A stretch of 57,869 bases of DNA, the filler included, from Sphacelaria rigidula (Eukaryota): NCBI GenBank assembly GCA_964200075.2. It is 6 parts of 6 records of this genome, joined end to end, with 100 filler letters (N's around TTAATTAATTAA, not from the genome) between each part and the next. Parts side by side here need not be neighbours in the genome. Positions count along the whole stretch, not along the records: positions 19,325 to 28,886 come from CAXNAA020008215.1; positions 28,987 to 38,547 come from CAXNAA020008216.1; 4 more parts are not named here. One strand, 5' to 3'. The first letter of the stretch is position 1, and each line of letters starts with the position of its first letter. Both the position numbers and the translations under genes were made by a program. Below the pieces are notes generated by a model that saw nothing but the letters and a program-made list of their open reading frames with translations, had not been told where the DNA came from and did not search any database. Below are positions 22,501 to 33,234 of the stretch, in pieces.

Positions 22501-25478
22501 CGTGTTTATATGGTGAGACACCCATGAGGCAGTGTAACCCGTGGCTATCTTTGGAAGTGGCAATACCAGAGAATGAGGCGATTCATTCGAGGCTGTCATT
22601 CATATGCAAGATAATTAATATGCTTCGGGTCGAACAATCTAGCACCATGCAGCTCACACTTCATGCGACTCGCTGAACACATCACGGTGCTTCGCGCTCA
22701 GTGATTGACTGTGGGCCTGTTCCGGCGAAAATCCGGCGCGCGCCGTCCGGGGTCTGTAGGAATGCGGATTCAATTTTCTTATGACTACGGCATGAAATAT
22801 CAGGAGTATAGCCCCCCCCCCCCCCCCTCCCCCATCCCCTTCCCCCCTTGCCCCCAACTTCCATTCTTCAATTCCCCCCCGTCGTCGGGTACACCCTGCG
22901 CTGTTTTTCGTCACGCAGTTCATCACACTGGCGGGCTTCCACTCGGACGGGCTTATGGTCTCTCGCCTTGCCAAGGAGTACGGAAAGTGAGTGCATGGCG
23001 TGTGGGAAAATATCAACCGCTGGTTTCGAAGACTGAGAACGTGCAGTTTCACTATCCCTCGAACTTACAGCGATAATGGACCTCCTCGCGCTTTACATTG
23101 AATCTAGCGCTTTTCTTCTCTCTGAGGATGCGCTTCGTGGCCCCTCCACTCCAAGGATTTTACCGTTCTCGCTGTACATTCGGGGAGTGTTGGCTCATTT
23201 CTCGGAAGGACGGACCTGTTATAAACTGGATACCGTTGAGCTGGTGGCGATGGCGTTGTACCGTTTGAGCCAAGTAGGGATCAAGCAGGGATCAAATTTA
23301 GTTGAGGGGGAAGACCGTTTTACAACGTTCACGAGAAGCTGAAAGCGTGGGGTTGCGGAATCGGATAGATCTACACTAATTATCACTAGATTCCTCCCTT
23401 TCCTTGTTCAACGCACTCGATGATATCAGTGCCGGTTAACGCGCCATTTGCTCTTGTTTCGAGATAAAAATCACTGGGTTTTAATACGACATAAACCGTA
23501 TATGGTTGTAGTGAGGTTTCAATGACTGATTTTTGTGTTCGCATCTGTTCTACTGTACGGTATCCTAGGACTTCATCACTGCTGTACAGTGGTCTCCTTC
23601 TCTGTTCTCTCTGTTGTCTTTCACGCCTCTCTTTCTCTGTGTTTTTTCTTACTGGTGTATGCAAGTTCGATGCCTCCTGTAGGGTTCACGGTTGATACCC
23701 CAAAAATATTGTGGCCGACATAGATAAGCCGCAATGCGTTCCCACATTTTTGTTCTTTGTTTTTCCCCCTTGGGTATGAATGGGTGTGCTGTTGCGCAAG
23801 ACCTTTTCCACCTGAAGCCATGCTGCATATGCGGGCCACTTCTAGTCTTTTTCAGTCTACTCTTCGCGTCTGTTCCATCGTTCTGTTTTTCTCCACTGTT
23901 ATTCAGCGAATGTTTCCGTTTTGTTTTATATCGGGTATGCCCATCATGCGACCACGGCTGAAACTCTTGGGGATCAGTGAATGTGCGACAGTCAATCAAT
24001 CAATCAATCAATTAAGTTATATGGAAAATGGCTGCGGGCAACGAGAGTCCGATATTCGTAGAATTGGCTGCAGGTCGAATTAATGGTCATTTTGCAGGGA
24101 CTGTTCTCCCACGCGTCACCTTGCTTCATGACGTACGAGCTGCCTTCGAAGTTATGGACCCATTCGGCACCTATGGAACGCACCTTACATCAACGGGGCG
24201 CACGGTGGCGACATGGTAATGTAGAGTGGCCAAACACTTGCTCGGATGGTGTGGGAATTGATATTTTGTCTAATCCTGACCTCCTCTTGTTACGACAAGC
24301 CAGCAACTCTTCGGGTAAACTCCGAATGCTTATCATTGATGTATTTTATACTGGTTGTTCGCGCCTGACTGTGACGTTTGGATCCAGGCGGCTATTGTTG
24401 TTGATCACGTTCTCATCCGTTCTCGAATACTATGTCAAACCTTCCTCGTTGTGAAACGTGACCCTACACCGGGTAGGCACGGAGTGGTCAAGTACGTGGA
24501 GTTGGTGCAGAGACCGGAAAGGGAGGAGCAGATGGATATTCTTACTCACCAGAAGTGGTCGGGTGCCAATCTCATGGACAAACAGGTAGGTGCATACCGA
24601 TGGCACGTGTTCACCAGCTTGAAACGACCGCACATCATCAACGTAGGTATCGATGACCGCACTTAAAAAAAATATCCACTTCCAACTCTCCTGTCGGGAC
24701 GAGTCCGGGATCTCACGGGATCAATCAACCCTTGTCTTCGCCGGTACCTAACATGTGGTGGAGGATATTTCCTTTGTGGGAGGTGACGTCTATCCCGATT
24801 GTCAATACCGGGAGAACTGATACAGGACGTTCGACTCATCGAAAACTTCGCACAGCGGGGAGGCCTGTGTTTAGCCTGTGCAGCCCCTTCAGCACGGCTG
24901 GTGATACCCGTGCTTCGGATCGTTGAAGGGGACTTGAATGCTTTACTGTGTCTATTTCGAAACATCTACTGGACATGATTATCGGTTTAACATACAGTAC
25001 GACGAATGCAAGCATATTCGGGTGGAACTGCCAATCTTCGTAACATCTACAAAAATTGAAGTGTTGCAGGAAGTGAGCAGCAGCAGGTCATCCGGTGACG
25101 CAGTCGACTCTTCCTGCTGGACGACGGAAAAGTTCCTCACGTTCCGAACGAGTGTTACCCTGTCGTCTGGACCTCAGATGATGCCACGACAAAGTTTCCT
25201 TGAGGTTGTGCGGACAGGTGCAACGTTGTTAATTCGTACATGAAGCTGGAACCTAAAACGGCATAACACCACACTCGTCCTGTGTGTCTCCATCTGAACA
25301 GGTGAACGTAGCAACCGGGGGACTGTCGTCCACAGCGGCTATGGGCGAGGGGGTTACCGAATCTCAGTTCGCCAAAACATCCGCCCATCGAGGTGGCGGC
25401 GGAGGTCCCGGCATTTCGAGGACGGTCGACCATTCCATCGCTGTTGCCGGCAGCGGACGTCTACGGTCCAAGCTCTGA
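19599..25478 (+). CDS. ICL: Isocitrate lyase, 5'-partial; exons 19599-19736, 21455-21534, 21680-21902, 22919-22986, 24477-24585, 25302-25478
   Basis: All junctions are GT-AG and phase-consistent. Spliced product: ...[51 protein letters not shown]...[13 protein letters not shown]...[17 protein letters not shown]...[63 protein letters not shown]...RSKL*. These are hallmark eukaryotic ICL motifs. Confidence 0.96.
22484..22648 (+). repeat. Dispersed repeat, also at 38377-38547
   Basis: Both copies read GATGATCGTA..ATGGTGAGACA..GAGGCAGTGT..CCGTGG(C/T)TATCT..AGTGGC(A/G)ATACCAGA..GAGGCTGTCAT..ATGCAAGATAAT..CGGGTCGAACAATCT. Confidence 0.85.
22685..22815 (-). repeat. Dispersed repeat related (reverse complement) to 55168-55250 and 55420-55532
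   Basis: TGACTACGGCATGAAATATCAGGAGTATAGCCCC is approximately the reverse complement of GGGGTGTACTCATGATCTTGCATGCCGTAGTCA. Confidence 0.7.
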
Positions 25479-27199
25479 GAATGTTCATCACAAGCGTCAA
25501 GGAATATACTCGTGCACATGACGGGGGGGAGTAAGGATCAGAGCTGCGCTATTTTTTGACGGAAGAACACGTCGAATTACGGGGCAATGCCTCCCATTGG
25601 CAAGAAACTGCAAGAAGGACTCGTGCAAAACATGGTCTGGCAGTACCTTCGACAAGTGCACTAGGGAAGCAGGATGGACGTGACACCCGAGATGTTTGTA
25701 TGGTGCTGTAAAAAACATTTTTGAAAAATATGGATACACGTGTTGAGCATTTTGCTGTTGGCTCGAGCCACAAAACCTATGGGGTGCCCCGAGGACGAAA
25801 GAGGCTGTCGGGGCGAGAAATAATTGGGAGTGTGGTATAATAGAACGACATTCGCATGCCTTCTCTTCTTCTGGATCCCTTCCCACACGCGTTGGGGGCG
25901 TTGTTGGCATTTTCGTGTTTGGAATTGGCCATGCAAATAGGAGTCATTTTGTCGAACAGAATGCTCGTCTCAACCGGATAGAGAAGGGCGACGTGCGCCA
26001 AGCTGCTATGTGTGCTCATAAGTTGGCCAAAAACGTTGAGTGGAAAAATAAGTCAGAAGGGGGAGGACATGGAGCATGGCGTCGTTATGTTACTGCGCCC
26101 CCAACGTTGAGTGCCCATGTGTATCGTGGTAGAGGTGACAGACAAGCCGTGCATGGTTCGCTGTCACCCTCAAATTCGAGTGTGTGTGCGTATTTTCGTG
26201 GAGATGGGAAGACCCTCTGGGCGTCGTACGTTGTCATGTTACGCAGGCGATGCAGGCGACGTGTGGGAGGCAATCTTGCATACTGAAGAGCTTAGTGGAA
26301 CGAGGTTCATGCGGTATGGTTCCACGAATTGTGACTATTGTTTTCAAGGGTGAGCACGCTTGTTCGGTACCAGCGTCGTTGTCGACCACTAATAGTGACG
26401 AACTGCTGAATGTGGATTCTCAAGTACATGCAAAGAATTGATCATCACCAGTCAGCCCGCAATCTTGCACGAGTCATGCAGTGATTGTAGTGGTACATTT
26501 TCATATTCATGCTCATACAGCGTGTTGAGAGCTGATGGGGAGTTTTGTCATTGCGCCCCCTTGTCTTCGTATGTTTTCGAGTGTTATACAGTGAATGTTC
26601 GTCGGGATTGGATTCCAGTACCAGTCCTGCTGGTAGGGATAGTGCAAGTAGTGTCCGCGGTCCCATCGGGGGGAAAGCACAGCGCCGACTATATAGTGAA
26701 GCGTTGGAGTTCGCGTGCATGCCAAATCGCTCGTAGCGCAGCTTTGGGGGGATAGGGCCAAATTTTCATGTCAAGCTTATACACAAATCGTTATTGTGTT
26801 CGGGGGGTGTTCCTTGACTACGTTCAATCACTGTCGAAGGTTGTAGTTTCCTGTCGTTCATTATGTACTCGCTACATGCGGTGGAATTTCGAGGTAGGTG
26901 CCAGTTCGTGTCAAGAGAAGCAGCACACCTATTAAATCGACAGTAGGACGACTGTGTCGGCTTCAGCCTTGTTGTGACCACGCTCGTCGCCGAGACAAGT
27001 CTACTTCTCGACCATCGGGCACTGGCCAGTTTAAAGGGAGACAGCTTGATGAAATGAGTGAGATACATTTGTGATTGGTTATCCACCGAGGCTACAGAAG
27101 GACATCTTCGTTCTCCTTCGCCCTACCTGTGGACGTTGGTGGAAGTATCACACACTTTGACTACGGTGTGCCACCCAGAATAGATTTCCAAAAATAGCT

Positions 27200-27812
27200 G
27201 TTACTCTAACCCTAACCATGGGGTATTCATGTTGGATGTGGCCTTCCATCTAGAATATGGATATTCGCCTCAAGTATCCATCTGAGGTATCCATCTGGGA
27301 TGTCCACGACCAAGTAGGACATCCATCTGAGATATTTATCTGGGGTGCCCATCTAGGATGTCCATCCAGGATATCTCCGCCCACGTCGAAGTTCATCTAG
27401 GATACACGTCCATGAGGGGTACACATCTAGAAACTCACATCCACTCGAGACGTATCTCTGGAATGTCAGATCCGCTTCAGATATCCATCAATATATTCTG
27501 CCCTGGGTATAGGGTAAGGTGTCCCGGGTGGAACTTTATGTCTCAGGTATACGTTTACCTATAATATTCCAGGTTCGGATGGTCATCCCAGAAGATGGAT
27601 CTGACATTCCACATAAATATTCCAAGTAGAGATATGAAACGTACGTCCCAGATGAACGTGTCCCGGATTGATATTACAGATGAATGTTTCATATGGAAAG
27701 CTAAACCGCGGATGGACCCCCATAACCTAGATCCATATCCCAGATGAGTGTCACATCCCAGATGAACATCCCAGATGGTCGACCCGTATGAATATCCATA
27801 CCCCACATGAAT
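27200..27812. repeat. Inverted pair of short-unit minisatellite arrays (foldback-like)
   Basis: Left half repeats (A/G)TCCATCT(G/A)GGAT-like units; right half repeats the reverse complement ATCCCAGATG(G/A)A. Confidence 0.7.
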
Positions 27813-27974
27813 TCACGATCTTGCATTTAGATTTGAAATCTGTGATGCCTTGCATGAGATACGGTCGAAAAATACATTTTTGCTTTTCAGACACAATTTC
27901 CCTTATCAATCTGCACTGAATATATCGATTTCAAACATTTTTGCACCAAAATTCGGGTCAGATCACGGGCCTGG

Positions 27975-28417
27975 AACACGGGATCTTACAAATTGGGGAT
28001 GGATCTTTTATTGGGGATGAGAAACCCGAACAATTAAAATCTTCGTATCCACACCAAATCTTCGAAACATGTTTCCATTGCTTCACCTACTGATAGCTTT
28101 TGACAACTACTACACGTCATGCAAATTTGAAATCGATAACCAAAACGTTGGGGTCCCAGGTGAAAAACCAATTTTGGGGAATTCCGGGTGTCCAAACGGA
28201 CGCCAAAATGGTTCCGAAATTGGGTTTTCATCTAGGGCCGCAACATTTCGGTCATCGAAATCCACATTTCTATGGCGTGTAGCAGTTGTCAATAGCTATC
28301 AGTAGGTGGAGAATTGGAGCCATAGTTCGAAGATTTGGTGTGGATGCGAAGATTTTTATTCTCCGGGTCTCTCATCTCCAATAAAAGATCTATCCCTAAT
28401 TTGTAAGATCCCGTGTT
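27975..28417. mobile_element. Non-autonomous DNA transposon (MITE/foldback), almost wholly palindromic
   Basis: Termini AACACGGGATCTTACAAATT... and ...AATTTGTAAGATCCCGTGTT are exact reverse complements, and imperfect complementarity continues to the centre (~28195). Confidence 0.9.
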
Positions 28418-28886
28418 ACTGGGGGGTGACGACCTTTTCGGATGATTCGACCGTGTTGGTGTAAACCACGAAAAACTCCCGTTCCGCAGAAATAATCCGT
28501 TCCTAATCTCATGAAGATGTTATTTCCTACAAGATGGATGAATAGGAGCCTCCTGTTGATAAACTCGTGACTTCTGGAGAAAAATATGTATTGTATTATT
28601 GAGGCCTTGGTCAGCAGAGACGGGCCGGGAAAGTGAAGTGAACAAGGTAGGCTTGCTCTCGTCATCTATATCCCAGAGACTCTAGAAACTACATGATTCC
28701 AGCAATGGAACTCGGACCAACGCACTTTCTTACGTACCACAAAAACCTCGGGTTGTTCCCCGCACCACAGATACCATGCTCGGACTAATGCAGTATCCAC
28801 AAAGAGTATTCCTACATATAACCAACAGAAAGGATCGCGAACGTTCTTCGCAATTCTCAAATATGTGGTAGCTCAGCAACCTATAG

Positions 28887-28986
28887 NNNNNNNNNNNNNN
28901 NNNNNNNNNNNNNNNNNNNNNNNNNNNNNNTTAATTAATTAANNNNNNNNNNNNNNNNNNNNNNNNNNNNNNNNNNNNNNNNNNNN
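28887..28986. other. Artificial contig spacer
   Basis: Same N44-TTAATTAATTAA-N44 structure. Confidence 0.97.
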
Positions 28987-29250
28987 GGGGGTCAAAAGGT
29001 GGGTCAAACGTCACAAAAGTGAACAATCCGTGGGCCAAAGATCTGTTTGCCATAACATCCGGCCTAACAGCCCTTTTATTAGGCCAACTCTTCTCATGGA
29101 AACGTTTGAAATTTTATTTTGCAACAATTTCAGAGGAGTTTTTTTTCTTCTTTGTCATCATGGTGAACGGGCACAAAATACATAACTATGGCGAAGAAGA
29201 AAAAAAAAAAGTCGTTCAATATTACTACAATATAAAATTTTAAACGCTCC

Positions 29251-29431
29251 CGTAATAGTTGGCCTTAGAGGACCGCGCCGTAGTCCAAAACACCCAGGAT
29301 CGACGTTTTTCGAAACCAATCGGACCAGTTCCTGCAGGAACCGCGCCCCTGACCCTAACCCCAACCCCAACCATTAGGATGTTCAAATTCAGATGCGATC
29401 CTCTAAGCACGCGGTCCTCTCACGCATTACA
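29251..29431. mobile_element. Degenerate copy of the telomere-repeat-containing MITE
   Basis: Colinear with 29792-30000; right end CCTCTAAGCACGCGGTCCTCTCACGCATTACA intact, left end eroded. Confidence 0.8.
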
Positions 29432-29791
29432 CCCTCGTAGCAGCGCTGCAGGCAAGTAGATAGCTACTGGATTGCTTCTGCTCTTCGCTTCGAAAGTGCG
29501 TATGTCTGCGAACGACGACCACCACCGTGCTGGGCCCCAACAGCTCCAACACCGCTGCCGGGGCACACACCGTCTAAGGAGATAGATACCGCCAACCCGC
29601 GGTGCTTTTTACTCTACAACATAGCCCAGGGTGTCACTAGCAAGGTTCCTCATGATTTTCGCATGCTTGCGAGCGCCACGGCGTGCGCCAAGGGCAGCGC
29701 TGCGGAGTTTTGTGCTGGGGCCCGAAATATTAGGCATTCGCCAAACGTGAAGGCTTGGCGAAAAAATCTCGCCGCTTCATTTTGGGAGAAC

Positions 29792-30000
29792 TGTAATCCG
29801 TGAGTGGACCGCGTGCTTAGAGGAGCGCGCCGTAGTTAAAAATACCCAAGGATCGATGCTTTTCAAAACCAATCGGGCCAGTCCCTGCAGGTACCACGCC
29901 CCTGACCCTAACCCCGACCCTAACCCTAACCCTAACCCTAACCATAGGGATGTTCAAATTCCGACGCGGTCCTCTAAGCACGGTCCTCTCACGCATTACA
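29792..30000. mobile_element. 209-bp MITE with TGT...ACA TIRs, 4-bp TSD and internal (CCCTAA)n
   Basis: Left TGTAATCCGTGAGTGGACCGCGTGCTTAGAGG versus right CCTCTAAGCACGGTCCTCTCACGCATTACA; GAAC on both flanks (29788-29791, 30001-30004); CCCTAA tandem copies at ~29905-29943. Confidence 0.85.
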
Positions 30001-33000
30001 GAACGTTGAAAAAAATGTGCGAAAACGCCTAAAATCTTGGCGATCTCCTAAAAAACTGTATCGATAATAACGGCCCTCAGCAAAACGGTCTTGTGTAAGT
30101 CGATCCGGTCAGAAGATGCGGAGAAAATATCACTCAAGCTAAAATTGGCAGTTGTCGACCGGTGTAGTAAATGAGCTATATTTACGACACCGCCCCGTTC
30201 TCCAACAGAGCAGAGCAACTCCGCACTGGAATTCGTGCGCTGTAACCGCACGACCCCTCGCTATCAGGAGAACTATCTTGTTGGCCGATCTGATCAGTGC
30301 TCTAGAAGATATCCCCACTAAAGAGCCAAAATCAGCAGTCTCAGGCTGATGTGTCGTTACTGTAGTTTTCGCTTAAGCCACCTTCCACCTTGTATCATGA
30401 AGCAACAGGCAACTGTGGGCCGTGAGGCATCGTCCATCGATGTATGTGCTGTGTAGGAGGTACCGGGCTATCATCCCCCTCCCTTTCGTTCCCACAGAAA
30501 AACTACGAGCGAACAATACGATCTATTATGTGCTGGAACATATCCGAGCGGCACGGCACGTGTTGACGTCAGTAGTCCAGCTCCGTTTGAAGCGGGAAAC
30601 TCGTAAAATGCGCAGGTTAAATAGAGCGGGAAGTATCGCTACTCCCCTATCGAAAAACGCTAATCCAGCTGTGATTATTAAGCATACTAGTAATATTGTC
30701 GACGTGCGCGCCAAGGCGCCATGCATCTTATTGGTCTGTTCAAGTTGGCATAAAAATTGACAGCACGATAGCATGCCACTAATTATATGCTCCGCTCCTT
30801 CCACACGCCGAAGCTGAGATACACATCACCCGCATCCCGCCCCTTTCCAGCCACCATACAGAAAGGGCTATGACCATTCGTACTTAACCAGGTGCTGGGG
30901 GTGTTGAGGAACGGCGGAGAGGGCGAACTGATGGAAGAGCACGGAAAAAGACAAGAGACAGGCAGGGGACCTCGTCCGGAGGAAGGGTTGAGGGGGTTGG
31001 GGTGGGGTCATGAGCATGACACACACAAAGACAAGGCGCGAGTGACAACGGTCCAAGCATCCTACCCTTTCTCTCCGTTTTTGGAGCTAGCTCTGCGTTC
31101 TGGCCCTTTTCTTTCCTCTTCCCTCCAGGCCCAGCCCCGGTGGAATTCTCCATCCTTGAATCTCTACCGGATTTGTCCTTCCGACCCATGAGGTTGAGAT
31201 TGTATCGGTACCACTTCCACAGCATCATCGCTAGCGGTATAGACGTCTGGCGAGGTGCCGCACAAGTGGAAATATGTCACCGTCAACGTATTACACAAGC
31301 TGCATAGGACCGAGTATGGTAACTACACGGGCATTTTACTTGCAACGGTCAGGGGTGGGGAAGCTACGCATGCGGATGATCGTTTCGTCATCGATAGCAT
31401 TAGGAATTCCAAGAAGAGGTAATAATAAGCAAAAACTCGGCCGCCAGCGGGGAGCCGTCAAGCGCTTACTGACGAAAAGGCATGACAATTGTCCTTTTGC
31501 CGCTCGAAAATCGGTGGTGAGGAAGGCGCGCAGGAGGAGGGGGTATGGTCCTTTGAAGCATATCCTCGACTTTATTTTTCTCGAGGCTGAGCTCTAGTTG
31601 GCTTGATTAGGCATTTCTCAAAAGTATACTCGGCGATTTCAAATCAGTTGCTGTTTGAACAAGGATTATAAGCAGTATAGTTCGATATTTGCGGTCGTGC
31701 CGGGTTTATCAGGAATCTCGAGTACAAGCGAGCTAGCACACAATTTCCCCCCGTGCATCCATACAAATTCCGAAAAACATCATTGACTCAACTCCTTTCT
31801 TCAACTTTACTTTGCACCCCCATTCCTCCCACACATAAAAAACACTTGCAGATAGATCAAGTTGGCCTATGGGCAGGAATCAACCCCACTCACAAGTTTG
31901 GTTTGGGATTATAAAGGAACGACGAGAAGGAAAAAAATGGAAAATGAAGAGAAATACTGCTCTAACCCGGCCACGTGGCTACACAAAGGACTAAACTGCA
32001 TTAAAAGTAGAGCGCAAGGAAGAAAACCGTTTCAACGCCAACAGAAAAAAAAACACCATGTGAAAGTAACATGCCAGAGCAGAGGGAGACTGTTTCAACT
32101 GCAAGGTTAGAGCTTAAAGAGTAGCTGCGCTGCACCACGTTTACAAAAAACACCAAGACGCTCGCACGAGGCATCAACATTATAACACTTCACGTACTTA
32201 CTAGTGCTCGTTTCCGCACCGGGGAAGAAAACGTCACGCGGTCGAACAAGCGGATTTGACACTGGAGACAGAAGGTAACTCATTCTCAAGGAACACAAAA
32301 CCAACCAACACACCACACCAAACTAATTCGTGCGTTTTGCCGCCGGGCAGGAATAGCTCTCAAAACCACTCAACATCTTGCGGACTGCTTACTCTACAAA
32401 GCGATGGATCGGAGATACAACAGGTATGCACTAGCGCCAAGTGGGAGTTCACGGCATGTCGCTCACCGTGCTTCCTTGTCCGGCGTGCCAACACGATCAC
32501 AGCTCTACCCATCTCACCTGCACCACGCACCCTCAACACTCCGCACATAGGCATGCATATCGATGGACGATATGTACGCGCATAAGTCGAGCTGAAATTT
32601 GGCAATATTTCAGCGGACGAACCGCCCAAAAACTGCGCGTGCCTTGTTCCCGCGTTTAAGAACACTCCCATAGAAGGGTCAGTCACCCGGGATATCAAAT
32701 ACGCTGATCAAGTCTGGCGAGATCGTGAACACCCGAACAAATATCTGGAAACACAAGCCAAGGGAGAGGCACGAGATGCTCACACCATTCTGCTAAGGGC
32801 GAAAACGGCGGCAACATTTGTAGCTGTACAGCGCCTATGGCCCGACGAACGTAGGGAATTCCCGCCCGCTCGAACACCTCAAAAGAATGACAACAGACCG
32901 TTGTACTGTAGAACCCGCGGAAGGGTTTGGATAGCATAATACCTTCACAAGGGGACACCGATCCACGGAAATACAAAGGGGGTGTCTCCACCGACAAGAA

Positions 33001-33234
33001 GGTGCTGGACCACTCACACTGTTTTCAAAGGGCCCATCTACTACAGCATAAGGACAACGTTAACAAGGTTGAACGCGTTTGTCTCATCGGCCGAAAACAA
33101 AACTCAGGGAAACTGACCGACGAGTATTCCTCCAAAGTCGGCCCTCAACCCCCTCTACCATGACGATCAAAATCTCAAGATTTCCTGACTTTTTTTCGCC
33201 AATCAAACACCGTTAACCCTTCGCCCGTCTATCT

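Noticed and set aside
29905..29943. True chromosome end
   Set aside because: The short CCCTAA tract is internal and enclosed by TIRs and a TSD.
30526..31228. Small minus-strand gene from candidate exons (MMLWKWYR..., FALSAVPQHPQHLV...)
   Set aside because: Some splice-like sites exist, but no consistent, recognisable protein could be assembled.
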